Notes: a model not told the origin generated them from the sequence alone. Counted from the first letter of the stretch, positions 20,607 to 32,481 are shown. The stretch is DNA of 64,000 nt from Alphaproteobacteria bacterium (GCA_965205265.1 CBDBGH010000003.1:992001-1056000), one strand, 5' to 3'. Made by a program: numbers and translations.

Positions 20607-22051
20607 GCGCCACCGTTCTTGTCGCCGACGACGACCGCGCCGTGCGCACCGTGCTGAGCCATGCGCTCGGACGGGCCGGCTACGAGGTGAAGGCAACCAG
20701 CAATGCGGCCACCCTCTGGCACTGGGTGCAGGACGGCGAGGGAGACCTGGTGATTACCGATGTGGTGATGCCGGACGAGAACGGCCTCGACCTGGTGCCC
20801 CGGATCCGCCGGCGGAGGCCGGAGCTGCGCGTCATCGTGATGAGCGCCAGATCCACCCTGCAGACCGCCGTCAAGGCGGCGGAGCGCGGCGCGTTCGAGT
20901 ATCTGCCGAAGCCTTTCGACATTGCCGAGTTGATCGGTATCGTGCAGCGCGCGCTGAGCGTCCCGCTGGCCGACCCGCCCGTCGAGCGGGAGGAGGACGA
21001 GACCGGCCGCCTGCCGTTGATCGGCCGTTCGGCGGCCATGCAGGAAATCTACCGGGTGGTCGCGCGGCTGGTCGGCGTGGACCTCACGGTGACGATTACC
21101 GGCGAGTCGGGCACGGGAAAGGAACTCATCGCACGGGCGCTGCACGACTACGGAACCCGGCGCAACGGGCCGTTCGTCGCCATCAATATGGCGGCAATCC
21201 CGAAGGACCTCATAGAGGCCGAACTGTTCGGGCATGAGCGCGGGGCCTTCACAGGCGCCTCGCAGCGCATGGCCGGGCGCTTCGAGCAGGCGGAAGGCGG
21301 TACGCTCTTCCTCGACGAGATCGGCGACATGCCGATGGAAGCGCAGACCCGGCTTCTGCGCGTGCTGCAGGAGGGCGAATACACCCGGGTCGGCGGCCGG
21401 CAGCCGCTCCGCGCCAATGTCCGCATCGTGGCCGCCACCCACCGCGACCTGCGCCTCGCCATCCGGCAGGGCCTGTTCCGCGAAGACCTCTTCTACCGGC
21501 TGAACGTGGTGCCGCTGCGTGTGCCGCCGCTGCGCCATCGCCGCGAGGACATTGCGGAACTCGTGGCCCATTTCCTGTCCGTCGCGCGCCGCGAGGGCCT
21601 CGGCGCCAAGACGATCGACAGCGAAGCGATGCGCCGCCTGCGCGCCTATTCCTGGCCCGGCAATGTCCGAGAGCTTGAAAACCTGATCAGGCGGATTGCC
21701 GCCCTTTATCCCCAGGACACGGTCGGCATCGACATCGTGGAGGCGGAGCTCGCCGAGATTGCCGAAGAGGCTTCGGACGAGCTTCCTGCGCGCACGGAAC
21801 GGGCCGAGTCGCTCGGCGAGGCGGTGGACATCCACCTGCGCCGGCACTTCGCGCTCGACGGCGACAGCCTTCCGGAGCCGGGCCTCTACGAACGCATCGT
21901 CCGTGAAGTGGAGCGTCCGCTGATCCAGCATTGCCTGGCGGCGACGAACGGCAACCAGATCAGGTCCGCGGAGATTCTCGGCCTCAACCGGAATACGTTG
22001 CGCAAGAAGATCCGGTATCTCGAAATTCCGGTGGTTCGCGGTTTGCGCTGA
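20603..22051 (+). CDS. ntrC: Nitrogen regulation response regulator
   Basis: Receiver domain, [35 protein letters not shown]. Confidence 0.96.
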   Translation: MSATVLVADDDRAVRTVLSHALGRAGYEVKATSNAATLWHWVQDGEGDLVITDVVMPDENGLDLVPRIRRRRPELRVIVMSARSTLQTAVKAAERGAFEYLPKPFDIAELIGIVQRALSVPLADPPVEREEDETGRLPLIGRSAAMQEIYRVVARLVGVDLTVTITGESGTGKELIARALHDYGTRRNGPFVAINMAAIPKDLIEAELFGHERGAFTGASQRMAGRFEQAEGGTLFLDEIGDMPMEAQTRLLRVLQEGEYTRVGGRQPLRANVRIVAATHRDLRLAIRQGLFREDLFYRLNVVPLRVPPLRHRREDIAELVAHFLSVARREGLGAKTIDSEAMRRLRAYSWPGNVRELENLIRRIAALYPQDTVGIDIVEAELAEIAEEASDELPARTERAESLGEAVDIHLRRHFALDGDSLPEPGLYERIVREVERPLIQHCLAATNGNQIRSAEILGLNRNTLRKKIRYLEIPVVRGLR

Positions 22052-24240
22052 TGGCGGCGCGCTTCGAGAGCCTGTCGGCGGTGCGGAGATGGGCGGCGTT
22101 CGCCTTCGCCGGCCTCGCGGCGTTTTCCGGCGTGCTCACCTATCTGGCGATGACCGGCGCGGTGCCCTTCATCCCGCCGACCGTGGACAATGTCGTCATC
22201 CTGCTGGTTGTCGATCTCGTCCTGCTGGTCCTGCTGGCGACGGTTGTCGGATACCGGATGGCGGCGCTGTGGAGGGAACGCCGCCGCCGCCGCGGGGGCT
22301 CCCAGCTCCATGTGCGCCTTGCTGTGCTGTTCACCGCAGTCGCGCTGGTGCCGACCGTGCTCGTCGCATTGTTTACCGTGCTCTTTTTCGACTACGGCCT
22401 GCACGGATGGTTCAGCCAGCGGGTGCAGACAGCTCTCGACCGCTCGCTCGCGGTTGCCGAGGCTTATGTGGAAGAACACAGGCGCGTGCTCGTTTCCGAC
22501 GCGCTCGCCATGGCGAACGATCTGAGCCGCGGCGGTCCGTTGCTGTTTGCCAACACACGGGCCCTCGAGAACGTCCTCGAATCGCAGGCCAGCGCGAGGT
22601 CTCTCTCCGACGCCCAGGTCGTCCAGGCCGGAGGACGGGTGCTGGCGCGCTCGATGTTTTCGTTCGGCGTGGTCTTTTCGCCGGTGCCCGAATGGGCGCT
22701 GGAGGCAGCCCGGCGCGGCGAGGTCGCCATTCTGGAAGACAGGGACGGAGACCGGCTCGGCGCTCTGCTGCGCATTGCCGGCCTCGAGGAGACGTTCCTC
22801 TATATCGGGCGGTTTGTGGACCCCATCGTGGTCAACCAGGTCACGCGGGTGCGCTCGGCCGTGGCGGAATACGAGTCCTTCGAGGGACAGCGCACCACGA
22901 TCGAATACACGTTCGCGATGATGTTCGCGACGGTGGCCGCCCTGTTCGTGTTCGCCGCGATCTGGGTAGGGTTCAACATGGCCGCACAACTGGCGGAGCC
23001 GATCATGAACCTCATCTTGGCAGCCAACCAGGTGCGGGGCGGAGACCTCACCGCGCGGGTGCAGGTAGGCACGAGGGAAGGCGGCGAGATCGATGCGCTG
23101 AGCCGGGCCTTCAACCGCATGACCGATCAGCTGAGCCGCCAAAGGACCGCGCTCATCGATGCGAATCTCGAGCTGGACGAACGGCGGCGGTTTACGGAAG
23201 CCGTTCTGGCCGGCGTTGCGGTCGGCGTGGTCGGGCTGGATGCGGAACGCCGGGTGCATCTGCCCAACAGGGTCGCCTCCGACCTGCTGGGCATGGACCT
23301 GATGGAGCATCTCGACCGCCCGCTGATCGACGTTGTGCCCGCGTTCGGGGCCGCTCTGGAAGAGGCGGCCCGGCGGCCCGACCGGTCTGTCGAAGCCGAG
23401 GTTGCGATAGAGCGCAACCGGGAGTTGCGCACCTTCCAGCTCCGCGTCACCGCCGAGCCTTCGCCCGATGGGCTGGGCGGCTTTGTGCTCACATTCGCGG
23501 ACATTACCGACCTGCAGTCCGCGCAGCGCATGGCCGCGTGGTCCGACGTTGCGCGCCGCATCGCCCATGAGATCAAGAATCCGCTGACGCCCATCCAGCT
23601 CGCCGCGGAACGCCTCCGCCGGCGCTACGCCAAGGAGATCGAGAACGATCCCGAAACCTTCTCGCTGTGCATCGACACCATTGTGCGCCAGGTGGACGAC
23701 ATGCGCCGGATGGTCGATGAATTCGCGTCCTTCGCCCGCATGCCGGCTCCCGCGCCGGCGGAAGCCGACCTCGCCGACATCGTCCGCCGGGCGGTCTTCC
23801 TGCAAAGGCAAGCCGCCGCCGGGCTCGATATCCAGATGCGCCTGCCCGACGGTCCCGTCCTGCAGGTCTGCGATGCGCAATTGCTCGGCCAGGCCTTGAC
23901 CAACCTTCTGCTGAACGCGATTCAGGCGCTCGAAGGCAGCGGCGGCGGCCGCATCCTTGTGGCACTCTGCGAGTCGCCCGGGCAGACCGAGATATCGGTA
24001 GAGGATGACGGGCCCGGCTTTCCCGCGGAGTTGCGCCACCGGTTGACCGAGCCCTATGTCACGACCAAGGGACGGCGGGGCGCGGGCCTCGGACTTGCCA
24101 TCGTCCAGAAGATCGTCGAGGATCAGGACGCGGCGCTTCATCTGGAGGATGGCGAGGCCGGCGGCGCCCGCGCGCGGATCGTTTTCCGGCGCGGAGAGGC
24201 CGCTCCGGAGCCGGAACGGGGCCGACACCACGATGCATGA
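22051..24240 (+). CDS. ntrY: Sensor histidine kinase NtrY
   Basis: TM-HAMP-PAS-His[24 protein letters not shown]; synteny. Confidence 0.95.
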   Translation: MAARFESLSAVRRWAAFAFAGLAAFSGVLTYLAMTGAVPFIPPTVDNVVILLVVDLVLLVLLATVVGYRMAALWRERRRRRGGSQLHVRLAVLFTAVALVPTVLVALFTVLFFDYGLHGWFSQRVQTALDRSLAVAEAYVEEHRRVLVSDALAMANDLSRGGPLLFANTRALENVLESQASARSLSDAQVVQAGGRVLARSMFSFGVVFSPVPEWALEAARRGEVAILEDRDGDRLGALLRIAGLEETFLYIGRFVDPIVVNQVTRVRSAVAEYESFEGQRTTIEYTFAMMFATVAALFVFAAIWVGFNMAAQLAEPIMNLILAANQVRGGDLTARVQVGTREGGEIDALSRAFNRMTDQLSRQRTALIDANLELDERRRFTEAVLAGVAVGVVGLDAERRVHLPNRVASDLLGMDLMEHLDRPLIDVVPAFGAALEEAARRPDRSVEAEVAIERNRELRTFQLRVTAEPSPDGLGGFVLTFADITDLQSAQRMAAWSDVARRIAHEIKNPLTPIQLAAERLRRRYAKEIENDPETFSLCIDTIVRQVDDMRRMVDEFASFARMPAPAPAEADLADIVRRAVFLQRQAAAGLDIQMRLPDGPVLQVCDAQLLGQALTNLLLNAIQALEGSGGGRILVALCESPGQTEISVEDDGPGFPAELRHRLTEPYVTTKGRRGAGLGLAIVQKIVEDQDAALHLEDGEAGGARARIVFRRGEAAPEPERGRHHDA

Positions 24241-25615
24241 CATCCTGATTGTCGATGATGAGCAAGACATCCGGCAACTGATTACCGGTGTGCTCGAAGA
24301 CGAAGGTTTCGAAGCGCGCAGCGCCAGCAACAGCGACAGGGCGCTGGAAGAGTTGCAGAAGCGCCAGCCCAGCGTGCTGCTGCTCGATGTGTGGCTTGAG
24401 GGCAGTCGTCTGAGCGGCATGGACCTGCTGCGCCATGTGCGCAACCGGCATCCGGACCTGCCCGTGCTGATGATCAGCGGCCACGGCAGCATCGAGACCG
24501 CCGTCGCGGCGATCCGGGACGGCGCCTACGATTTCGTCGAGAAGCCGTTCACCACCGACAGGATCCTGCTCGCAATCTCGCGCGCGATGGAGGCGTTCCG
24601 CCTGCGTCGCGAGAATGCCGAACTTCGGCTTCATACCGGCGCCGCGACGGAGTTGATCGGACGGTCTCTCGAGATGTCACAGACGCGCGGCCTGATCGAG
24701 CGCGTCGCGCCGACCGGCAGCCGCATCCTTATCCAGGGCCCGCCGGGCAGCGGCAAGGAGGTGGCCGCGCGGATGATCCATCGCTGCTCGCGCCGCAGCG
24801 AAGGGCCTTTCGTCGTGGCCAATTGCGCCATCATGGCCCCGTCGCGGCTCGAAGAAGAACTGTTCGGGAGCGAGGAGGGTGCCGGCAAGACCGGCCTGCT
24901 GGAGCGCGCCCATGGCGGCACCCTGCTGCTGGACGAGATTGCCGACATGCCGCCCGAGACCCAGGGAAAGATAGTCCGCGTTCTCCAGGAACAGACATTC
25001 CTGCGTGTCGGGGGAGCGCAAAGGGTCAGCGTCGATGTGCGCGTCATCGCCACCTCCAACCGCGACCTCGCCGCGGAGGTGGCGCAGGGACGATTGCGGC
25101 AGGACCTGTTCTATCGGCTCAACGTCGTGCCGCTGGAGATGGCGCCCCTGCGCCGGCGCCGGGAGGACATTCCCCTCCTCGTCAACCACTTTCTGCAAAG
25201 ATACGCCATGCAGGCCGGCATCAACCCGCCTGAGGTCGCCGAGGACGCGATGGCGGTGCTGCAGGCCTATGACTGGCCGGGAAATGTCCGCGAGTTGCGC
25301 AATATCGTGGAACGGCTGTCGATTCTGGCGCCGGGCGAGAGCGCCGCAACGCTCCGCGCCAGCGCGCTTCCGCCGGAACTCTGCAAGGATGCACCCGTCA
25401 TCTCGCATTTCGAAAAGGGCGACGCGATGATGTCCCTGCCGCTGCGGGAGGCGCGCGACATGTTCGAACGCGAATATCTGCTCGCCCAGATGCGCCGGTT
25501 CGGCAACAATATTTCCCAAACGGCGCAATTCATCGGCATGGACCGCTCGACCCTGCACCGCAAGATCAAGACATTCAGCGCTCCGCTCGCCGGCGAGCGG
25601 AACCGGCCCGTCTAG
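24233..25615 (+). CDS. ntrX: Response regulator NtrX
   Basis: HDILIVDDE, ISGHGSIETAV, AAA+ domain lacking GAFTGA, GMDRSTLHRK. Confidence 0.95.
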   Translation: MHDILIVDDEQDIRQLITGVLEDEGFEARSASNSDRALEELQKRQPSVLLLDVWLEGSRLSGMDLLRHVRNRHPDLPVLMISGHGSIETAVAAIRDGAYDFVEKPFTTDRILLAISRAMEAFRLRRENAELRLHTGAATELIGRSLEMSQTRGLIERVAPTGSRILIQGPPGSGKEVAARMIHRCSRRSEGPFVVANCAIMAPSRLEEELFGSEEGAGKTGLLERAHGGTLLLDEIADMPPETQGKIVRVLQEQTFLRVGGAQRVSVDVRVIATSNRDLAAEVAQGRLRQDLFYRLNVVPLEMAPLRRRREDIPLLVNHFLQRYAMQAGINPPEVAEDAMAVLQAYDWPGNVRELRNIVERLSILAPGESAATLRASALPPELCKDAPVISHFEKGDAMMSLPLREARDMFEREYLLAQMRRFGNNISQTAQFIGMDRSTLHRKIKTFSAPLAGERNRPV

Positions 25616-25626
25616 CGGCGCGGGCC

Positions 25627-27003
25627 ATGCGCGTAATCGTTTGCGGCGCCGGCCAGGTCGGCATCAATATCGCCCGCTATCTGGCGGCCGAGCGCAACGA
25701 CGTCACCGTGGTGGACCAGTCTTCGGAACTGATCGAGCAGCTGGCGGAAACCCTCGATATACGGGCGCTCGCCGGCCATGCCTCCAGTCCCGACGTGCTG
25801 GCCCGGGCCGGCGCGGAAGATGCGGACATGCTGATTGCGGTCACGCTCGTCGATGAGATCAACATGATTGCGTGCCAGGTTGCGCACTCGCTGTTCAACA
25901 TTCCGACGAAGATCGCCCGTATCCGCCGCCCGTCCTATCTCGACGGCCACTGGGCCGACCTGTTCGCGCGGGAGGGGATGCCGATCGACACGATCATCTC
26001 TCCCGAGCGCGAGGTTGCGAGCGCGATCATGCGCAGACTGTCCCGGCCGGGCGCGACGGAAATGATCCCGTTTGCGGACGGGCGGGTCCGCCTGATCGGG
26101 GTGCGCCTCGACGACAACTGCCCGATCGTCAATACGCCGCTGCGGCAGCTGACGGCGCTGTTTCCGGACCTGAACATCAATGTCGTCGGCATTATCCGCG
26201 GAGAACGGAAATTCGTTCCCAAGGCGCGCGACCAGATGCTGGTCGGGGACGAAGTCTATTTCGTCGTGGACAACGCCCATGTGACGCGCGCGATGGCGGC
26301 ATTCGGCCACGAGGAACGGGAGGCCGAGCGCGCGGTCATAATCGGGGGCGGCAATATCGGGCACCGGCTTGCGAGCCTGATCGAGGAGGAGTTGCCGCAT
26401 GTGCGCCTGCGCCTGATCGAGCGCGACCGCGAAAAGGCTGCGGAACTCACCGATACCTTGCGGCGGACCACCGTATTGCAGGGCGATGCGCTCTCCGAGG
26501 ACCTTCTGGAGGAGGCCAATTTCGAAAATGCGGATCTGACGATTGCGCTGACGGACGACGACGAGACCAACATCCTGGCTTCGCTGCTGGCGAAGCGGGC
26601 CGGGTCGTCGCGCACGGTCGCGCTCATAAACAAGTCCGCCTACGGCGCGCTCATAAGCCCGCTCGACATAGACGTCGTCATCAATCCCCGGGCGATCACC
26701 GTGTCCCAGATCCTGCAGCATGTGCGCCGCGGGCGGATCCTGGCGGCCTTTTCCATCGGGGACGATTTCGGCGAGGCGCTGGAGGTTGAAATCCTCGAAA
26801 CCTCAGCGGTGGCGGACAAGGACTTGAGGGTGCTCAAGATGCCGGCCGGCTCCATCCTGGGAGCCATTCTGCGCGGCGACGAAGTCGTGATCCCGCGCGG
26901 GCGCACCATGATCCGCGCCGGAGACCGGGTCGTGCTGTTTTCCATGGCCGGCGTGCTCAAACGGGTCGAGCAGATGTTCGCCGTGCGCCTCGAATTCTTC
27001 TAG
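25627..27003 (+). CDS. trkA: Trk potassium uptake NAD-binding subunit
   Basis: CGAGQVG and IGGGNIG, two RCK repeats. Confidence 0.96.
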   Translation: MRVIVCGAGQVGINIARYLAAERNDVTVVDQSSELIEQLAETLDIRALAGHASSPDVLARAGAEDADMLIAVTLVDEINMIACQVAHSLFNIPTKIARIRRPSYLDGHWADLFAREGMPIDTIISPEREVASAIMRRLSRPGATEMIPFADGRVRLIGVRLDDNCPIVNTPLRQLTALFPDLNINVVGIIRGERKFVPKARDQMLVGDEVYFVVDNAHVTRAMAAFGHEEREAERAVIIGGGNIGHRLASLIEEELPHVRLRLIERDREKAAELTDTLRRTTVLQGDALSEDLLEEANFENADLTIALTDDDETNILASLLAKRAGSSRTVALINKSAYGALISPLDIDVVINPRAITVSQILQHVRRGRILAAFSIGDDFGEALEVEILETSAVADKDLRVLKMPAGSILGAILRGDEVVIPRGRTMIRAGDRVVLFSMAGVLKRVEQMFAVRLEFF

Positions 27004-27023
27004 AGACAGGGAAGGGAATCCGC

Positions 27024-27887
27024 TTGGCCAGAATCGCTTATGTCAACGGCCGCTATGTGCCTCATCGCGAGGCGGCGGTGCATGTGGAGGACCGGGGCTA
27101 CCAGTTCGCCGACGGCGTTTACGAAGTCATCACCGTGCGGGCCGGCGGGTTCGTCGATGCCGGACCGCATCTCGACCGGCTGGACCGTTCGCTCGGCGAG
27201 TTGCGGATCGCGCCGCCCATGGACCGCTCGGCCCTGCATCATGTGTTGCGCGAGGTAAGGCGCCGCAACCGCATAACGGACGGCATTGTCTATCTTCAGG
27301 CAACGCGCGGCGTGGCGCGCCGCGACCACCCGTTTCCGGCTGAGGCGGAAACCGCGCTGGTGGTGACCGGCAGCCGCAGGCCGCCCCCGAATCCCGGAAT
27401 ACTGGAAACCGGGGTCGATGCCGTCTCGGTGCCGGACAATCGCTGGAAACGCTGCGACATTAAGTCGGTCTCGCTGCTGCCCAACATCCTGGCCAAGCAG
27501 ACCGCCCGGGAAGCCGGCGCCTATGAGGCCGTGTTCGTGGACGAGGAGGGCTTCGTCACCGAGGGCGCCTCGACCAATGTCTGGATCGTGACCTCCGGCG
27601 GCGAACTGCTGACCAGGGAGCTCGACCACGGGATTCTGGCGGGCGTCACGCGCGGCACCGTCGTGAAACTGGCCGAACGCCTCGGCCTTTCCTTCGCCGA
27701 GCGCCGCTTCACCATCGATGAGGCCAGGCGCGCCCGCGAAGCCTTCGTGACCAGCGCGACCTCCTTTGTGACCCCGGTTGTGCGTATCGACGAGGCGGTT
27801 ATCGGCAATGGCAGGCCCGGCTCGACCGCCCACGCCCTGTTCGAGGTCTATGCGCGCTACATGGAGGAGGGAGACGCCGCTGCATGA
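27024..27887 (+). CDS. dat: D-amino-acid transaminase (class IV PLP)
   Basis: EDRGYQFADGVYEV, RCDIKSVSLL, TEGASTN, ILAGVTR. Confidence 0.9.
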   Translation: MARIAYVNGRYVPHREAAVHVEDRGYQFADGVYEVITVRAGGFVDAGPHLDRLDRSLGELRIAPPMDRSALHHVLREVRRRNRITDGIVYLQATRGVARRDHPFPAEAETALVVTGSRRPPPNPGILETGVDAVSVPDNRWKRCDIKSVSLLPNILAKQTAREAGAYEAVFVDEEGFVTEGASTNVWIVTSGGELLTRELDHGILAGVTRGTVVKLAERLGLSFAERRFTIDEARRAREAFVTSATSFVTPVVRIDEAVIGNGRPGSTAHALFEVYARYMEEGDAAA

Positions 27888-28516
27888 CCCGTCCCGTCGT
27901 CCTCTTCGACTGGGACGGGACGCTGGTGGACAATTGGCCGGTCATCCATGAGGCGCTCGTGGTCACGCGCAACTCGTTCGGCCTGCCTTGCTGGAGCTTC
28001 GGCGAGACCCTGCGGCACGTCTCCCGGTCGGGACGCGAGAGCTTCCCGAAGATGTTCGGCGAAAACTGGCGGCAGGCGAGCGACATGTTCTACGCCGCCT
28101 TCGAAGCCCGGCACCTGGACGCGCTCACGCTCCTGCCCGGCGCCGAAGCCTGTCTGGACCGTCTGGAAGCCGCCGGATTTGCCCTCGCGGTCGTGTCCAA
28201 CAAAAAGGGCGTCTATCTTCGGCGCGAGGCGGACCGCCTCGGCTGGACCGGCCGCTTCGAGGCGCTCGTCGGGGCGGGGGACGCATGCCGCGACAAGCCG
28301 GATGCCGCGCCTGTCCGGATGGCTCTGGGCGGGCTGGCGGGACAATGGCTGGTCGGGGATTCGGACACCGACATCCGCACAGCGCGCAATGCCGGACTGC
28401 GTTCGGCAATCGTGCCTTATGCCGGCGGCCCCGAACCCGGACCGGGTGCAGACGCGCGCTGCGACAGTCTGGCCGCGATCCCGGACCTTGTCGCGTTCTC
28501 GGATCGTATCAATTAG
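27884..28516 (+). CDS. HAD-family hydrolase (phosphoglycolate phosphatase-like)
   Basis: [24 protein letters not shown]. Confidence 0.9.
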   Translation: MTRPVVLFDWDGTLVDNWPVIHEALVVTRNSFGLPCWSFGETLRHVSRSGRESFPKMFGENWRQASDMFYAAFEARHLDALTLLPGAEACLDRLEAAGFALAVVSNKKGVYLRREADRLGWTGRFEALVGAGDACRDKPDAAPVRMALGGLAGQWLVGDSDTDIRTARNAGLRSAIVPYAGGPEPGPGADARCDSLAAIPDLVAFSDRIN

Positions 28517-28590
28517 GAAAGGGGAGGAAGCTGCCTCGATCCCGGCAATGGCCGGGCAGCCTTCCCAGCGCGGATCCGGGGTCAATATCG

Positions 28591-28839
28591 ATGTCGTCTG
28601 CCCAGAAAAGCAGGAACCTTCAGGACCAGTTCCTCAATCACATCAGGAAGGCGAAGGCGCCGGTCACGGTGTTCCTCGTCAACGGCGTCAAATTGCAGGG
28701 CCTGGTGGTTTCGTTCGACAATTTCTCGGTGCTGCTGCGCCGCGACGGCCATTCGCAACTGGTTTACAAGCACGCGATCTCGACCATCATGCCATCGACG
28801 CCGATCCAGCTCTTCGACCGCGAAGACGATCCCGCTTGA
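28591..28839 (+). CDS. hfq: RNA chaperone Hfq
   Basis: [32 protein letters not shown]. Confidence 0.97.
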   Translation: MSSAQKSRNLQDQFLNHIRKAKAPVTVFLVNGVKLQGLVVSFDNFSVLLRRDGHSQLVYKHAISTIMPSTPIQLFDREDDPA

Positions 28840-30104
28840 GCGAAGCCGCCCTCGTCCTCCACCCGGTTGTCCGCAGGGACGCGCTCAGAGCGCCCGAAGC
28901 GCGCCTTGCCGAGGCCGTCCGGCTGACCGAGTCCATCGGCGTGGAAGTTCCGGCGACACGCATCGTGCGCCTGGCCCGGCCCCGCCCGGCGACCCTGCTC
29001 GGCAACGGCGCGATCGACGATGTGAAGGATGCGCTGGCCGAGAAGGAAGCCGGCCTGGTCGTCGTGGACGGCGCGCTGACGCCGGTGCAGCAGCGCAATC
29101 TGGAGCGGGCCTGGGAAGCCAAGGTCATCGACCGCACGGGCCTTATTCTGGAGATATTCGGCGCCAGGGCGCGGACGCGGGAAGGCGTGTTGCAGGTGGA
29201 CCTGGCGGCGCTCAGCTACCAGCGCACCCGCCTTGTCCGTTCCTGGACGCATCTCGAGCGCCAGCGGGGCGGGGCGGGCTTTCTCGGCGGGCCGGGCGAG
29301 GCCCAGATCGAGATCGACCGCCGGCTGATCGACGAGAAGATCGTCAAGCTGAAGCGCGAGCTGGAAGACGTGCGCCGCACGCGCGGCATCCAGCGCCGCG
29401 CCCGCAGGCGGGTGCCGTTTCCGGTCGTCGCGCTGGTCGGATACACCAATGCCGGCAAATCCACCCTGTTCAACCGCCTGACGGGCAGCGGCGTTGTTGC
29501 GCAGGACCGGCTTTTCGCGACGCTGGACCCGACAATGCGCGGGCTCGACCTGCCATCCGGCCGGCGGGCCATCCTTTCCGACACGGTGGGGTTCATATCG
29601 GAGCTGCCGACGCAGCTCGTCGCCGCCTTCCGGGCGACCCTGGAAGAAGTGGTCGAGGCCGACCTGATCCTGCATGTCCGGGATATCGCCGACCCGGACA
29701 CCGCCGCGCAGAAGCACGATGTCGATCTCGTGCTGGACGAGCTGGACGCGCACATGACGCCGCGGCTCGAAGTGTGGAACAAGACAGACCTGCTGGATGC
29801 GCTGCCGGCGAATGGCGGCGGCATTCCGGTTTCGGCGGTGACCGGGGCGGGCGTCCGGGACCTGCTGCATGCGGTGGACGAAGAACTCTCGCGCTCCCGG
29901 ACGGTTTCGGAATTCGTCCTGCCGCCGGGTGACGGGGCCGCGATCGCCTGGCTTTACCGGCATGGCGATGTGCAGCAGCGCGCGGACAGCGACGACGGCG
30001 TGTCGTTGACGGTCGCGCTCGATCCGGCGGACCGGGCGCGGTTCGAGCAGCGGTTTCAGCCTGAGCGCAGCAGCCTCACCCCGGCGTCGCGCTCGAAAAG
30101 GTAG
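28836..30104 (+). CDS. hflX: GTPase HflX
   Basis: [41 protein letters not shown]; TTG start overlapping the hfq stop. Confidence 0.95.
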   Translation: MSEAALVLHPVVRRDALRAPEARLAEAVRLTESIGVEVPATRIVRLARPRPATLLGNGAIDDVKDALAEKEAGLVVVDGALTPVQQRNLERAWEAKVIDRTGLILEIFGARARTREGVLQVDLAALSYQRTRLVRSWTHLERQRGGAGFLGGPGEAQIEIDRRLIDEKIVKLKRELEDVRRTRGIQRRARRRVPFPVVALVGYTNAGKSTLFNRLTGSGVVAQDRLFATLDPTMRGLDLPSGRRAILSDTVGFISELPTQLVAAFRATLEEVVEADLILHVRDIADPDTAAQKHDVDLVLDELDAHMTPRLEVWNKTDLLDALPANGGGIPVSAVTGAGVRDLLHAVDEELSRSRTVSEFVLPPGDGAAIAWLYRHGDVQQRADSDDGVSLTVALDPADRARFEQRFQPERSSLTPASRSKR

Positions 30105-32140
30105 AGCAATATCCTGAGCGCCTCGCCGCGCGGCCCGGAGAGACCGGGGTCGCGGTCGACGATCAGGCGCGCCTCGTCGCGGGCCATGCGCAGCATGTCG
30201 CCGTGCTCCTCCAGGTCGGCGATGCGGAATACCGGCAGCCCGCTCTGCCTGGTGCCGAGCAATTCGCCGGCGCCCCGCAGTTCGAGATCGGCCTCGGCGA
30301 TCCGGAAGCCGTCGTCGCATTCCCTGAGCAGCCGCAGGCGCTTTTCCGCCGCCTCCCCGAGCGGCTCCCCGTAGAGCAGCACGCAGGCGCCCGTCTGCCC
30401 GCCGCGGCCGACGCGGCCGCGAAGCTGGTGCAGCTGCGCGAGGCCGAACCGGTCCGCCTGCTCGATGACCATGATGTCCGCCGCCGGGACATCGACGCCG
30501 ACCTCGATCACGGTGGTGGCCACGAGCAGGCTCGCGGTTCCTTCCGCAAACGCCGCCATGGCGGCCGCCTTGCGGTCCGTCGCCATGCGGCCGTGAATGA
30601 GCGCCAACCGGTCGCCGAACACCGGCTGGAGTTCCGCGAAGCGCGCTTCCGCGGCGGCAGCGTCGGTCTTGTCGCTCTCTTCCACCAGCGGGCAGACCCA
30701 GTAGGCGCGGCGCCCGGCGTCGATGGCCGCGCCGATGCGCTCCACGACCCGGTCGAGCTGTTCCATGCGCAGCACGCGCGTCTCGACCGGCTTGCGGCCG
30801 GGCGGCTTCTCGTCGAGGCGCGAAGTGTCGAGGTCTCCATAGGCCGTCATCAGCAGGGTTCGCGGGATGGGGGTCGCCGTCATGGCGAGCGTGTGGACAT
30901 CCCTGCCCTTGTCGGTGAGCGCCAGGCGCTGCTCGACGCCGAAGCGGTGCTGCTCGTCGATGACGGCGAGGCGCAGGTCCGCGAAGGCCACCCTCTCCTG
31001 GAAGAGGGCATGGGTTCCGACGACGACCGGCAAGGCGCCGGAAGCCAGCGCCGCCACCACGCTGCGCCGCGTGCCGGCGCGGCCCCGTCCGGTCAACAGG
31101 CCGACTTCCAGTCCGGCGGGCTCCAGCAGGGCGCCCAGCGTCTCGAAATGCTGCTGCGCCAGGATTTCCGTGGGCGCCATGATCGCGGCCTGGCCGCCGG
31201 AGTCATGCGCCGCCGCCGCCGCCAGCGCGGCGACGACCGTCTTGCCGCTGCCGACATCTCCCTGGAGCAGGCGCATCATGCGCTGGCCGGAGGCGAGGTC
31301 GCCGCCGATCTCCGCCAGCGCCCGGCGCTGCGCCCCGGTGAGCGCGAAGGGCAAATGCGCCTCCACGGCCCGGCAGGCGGGTCCGTCCAGCGAAAAGGAA
31401 CGGGCGGCGCTGCGGCGCTGATGGTGGCGGACCAGCGCCATGGCGAGCTGGCTTGCCAGCAATTCGTCATAAGCGAGGCGGCGGCGCGCCGGATGGCCGG
31501 GCATCGCGCCGGCTGCGTCTTCCGGGCGGTGCGCGCCAAGCAGCGCCTCCCGCCAGGCGGACCACCGTTCGCGGGCCAGCACCGAGGGCGATTGCCATTC
31601 TGGAAGGTCCGGGGCCGCATCGAGCGCGGCGCCGGCCGCGCGGCGGTAAACCCTCGGGCCCAGCCCCTGCGTCAGGGGATAGACCGGCTCCACCGCCTTG
31701 GCCGGCGTCCACCTTTCCGGCCGCTCGATCACATCGGGATGGGCGATTTGCGGCGCCGAGCGGTACCATTCGACGAGGCCGCTCACCACCCGGGACTCGC
31801 CGACAGGCAGCGCGGACGCCAGATAGTCGGGGCGGGCGTTGAAGAACACGAGATCGATGGCGCCCGTGTCGTCCCGGCAGCGCACCTTGTAGGGCAGGCG
31901 GGTGCCGCGCGGGGGCGGGCGGTGCTCCTCGACGAGAAGGGTGAAGGTGGCGATGCGTCCGTCCGGCGCTTCGGCGACGGACGGCGCGAAGCGCCGGTCC
32001 ACCAGCCCGGTCGGGAGCTGCAGGCAGAGGTCGATCTTTCGCGGTCCCGCAACCCTGCCGATCAGCCCGGCGATGCGCGGCCCGACGCCGGGGATCGCCG
32101 TGACCGGCTCGAACAGGGGGAACAGGATTTCGGGTCGCAA
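30056..32140 (-). CDS. recG: ATP-dependent DNA helicase RecG
   Basis: RPEILFPLF start, QGDVGSGKT, DEQHRFG, QLHQLRGRVGRG. Confidence 0.96.
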   Translation of the reverse strand: MRPEILFPLFEPVTAIPGVGPRIAGLIGRVAGPRKIDLCLQLPTGLVDRRFAPSVAEAPDGRIATFTLLVEEHRPPPRGTRLPYKVRCRDDTGAIDLVFFNARPDYLASALPVGESRVVSGLVEWYRSAPQIAHPDVIERPERWTPAKAVEPVYPLTQGLGPRVYRRAAGAALDAAPDLPEWQSPSVLARERWSAWREALLGAHRPEDAAGAMPGHPARRRLAYDELLASQLAMALVRHHQRRSAARSFSLDGPACRAVEAHLPFALTGAQRRALAEIGGDLASGQRMMRLLQGDVGSGKTVVAALAAAAAHDSGGQAAIMAPTEILAQQHFETLGALLEPAGLEVGLLTGRGRAGTRRSVVAALASGALPVVVGTHALFQERVAFADLRLAVIDEQHRFGVEQRLALTDKGRDVHTLAMTATPIPRTLLMTAYGDLDTSRLDEKPPGRKPVETRVLRMEQLDRVVERIGAAIDAGRRAYWVCPLVEESDKTDAAAAEARFAELQPVFGDRLALIHGRMATDRKAAAMAAFAEGTASLLVATTVIEVGVDVPAADIMVIEQADRFGLAQLHQLRGRVGRGGQTGACVLLYGEPLGEAAEKRLRLLRECDDGFRIAEADLELRGAGELLGTRQSGLPVFRIADLEEHGDMLRMARDEARLIVDRDPGLSGPRGEALRILLYLFERDAGVRLLRSG

Positions 32141-32211
32141 CGCCCCGTCTCTGTGGCTGACATCGCTCGGCCGGCAATTTATACCACCCACCGCATTGAG
32201 GGGGCGAAGCG

Positions 32212-32481
32212 TTGCAGGACGAGCTGGAATACCGCCGGAAGCGGCTGCGGTTCCGGGCCTGGCACCGGGGCACGAAGGAAGCCGACCTGCTTCTCGGTCC
32301 CCTGGCGGACGCGTGGCTGGGCAATCTCGACGAAGACGGACTCGCGAGCTTCGAAGCGCTTCTGTCCCGGTCCGACCCCGAGATCATGGACTGGGTGACC
32401 GGCGCGGCAGAGCCGCCCGACGACCCGGTCGTGGCCCGCCTGATAGCCTCTGTGCCTGGGGCCGGAGCAGCCTGTCCATGA
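32212..32481 (+). CDS. sdhE: FAD assembly factor SdhE (Sdh5 family)
   Basis: RKRLRFRAWHRGTKEADLLLG; recG-sdhE-mfd synteny. Confidence 0.9.
   Translation: MQDELEYRRKRLRFRAWHRGTKEADLLLGPLADAWLGNLDEDGLASFEALLSRSDPEIMDWVTGAAEPPDDPVVARLIASVPGAGAACP

Noticed and set aside
27948-30104. Long N-terminal extensions of HflX (also of Hfq, CaiB 44286-46577 and AtuA 41959)
   Set aside because: They overlap well-supported upstream genes; the real starts lie downstream.
30056-30104. 49-bp convergent overlap of hflX and recG
   Set aside because: Short tail-to-tail overlaps are common in GC-rich genomes.
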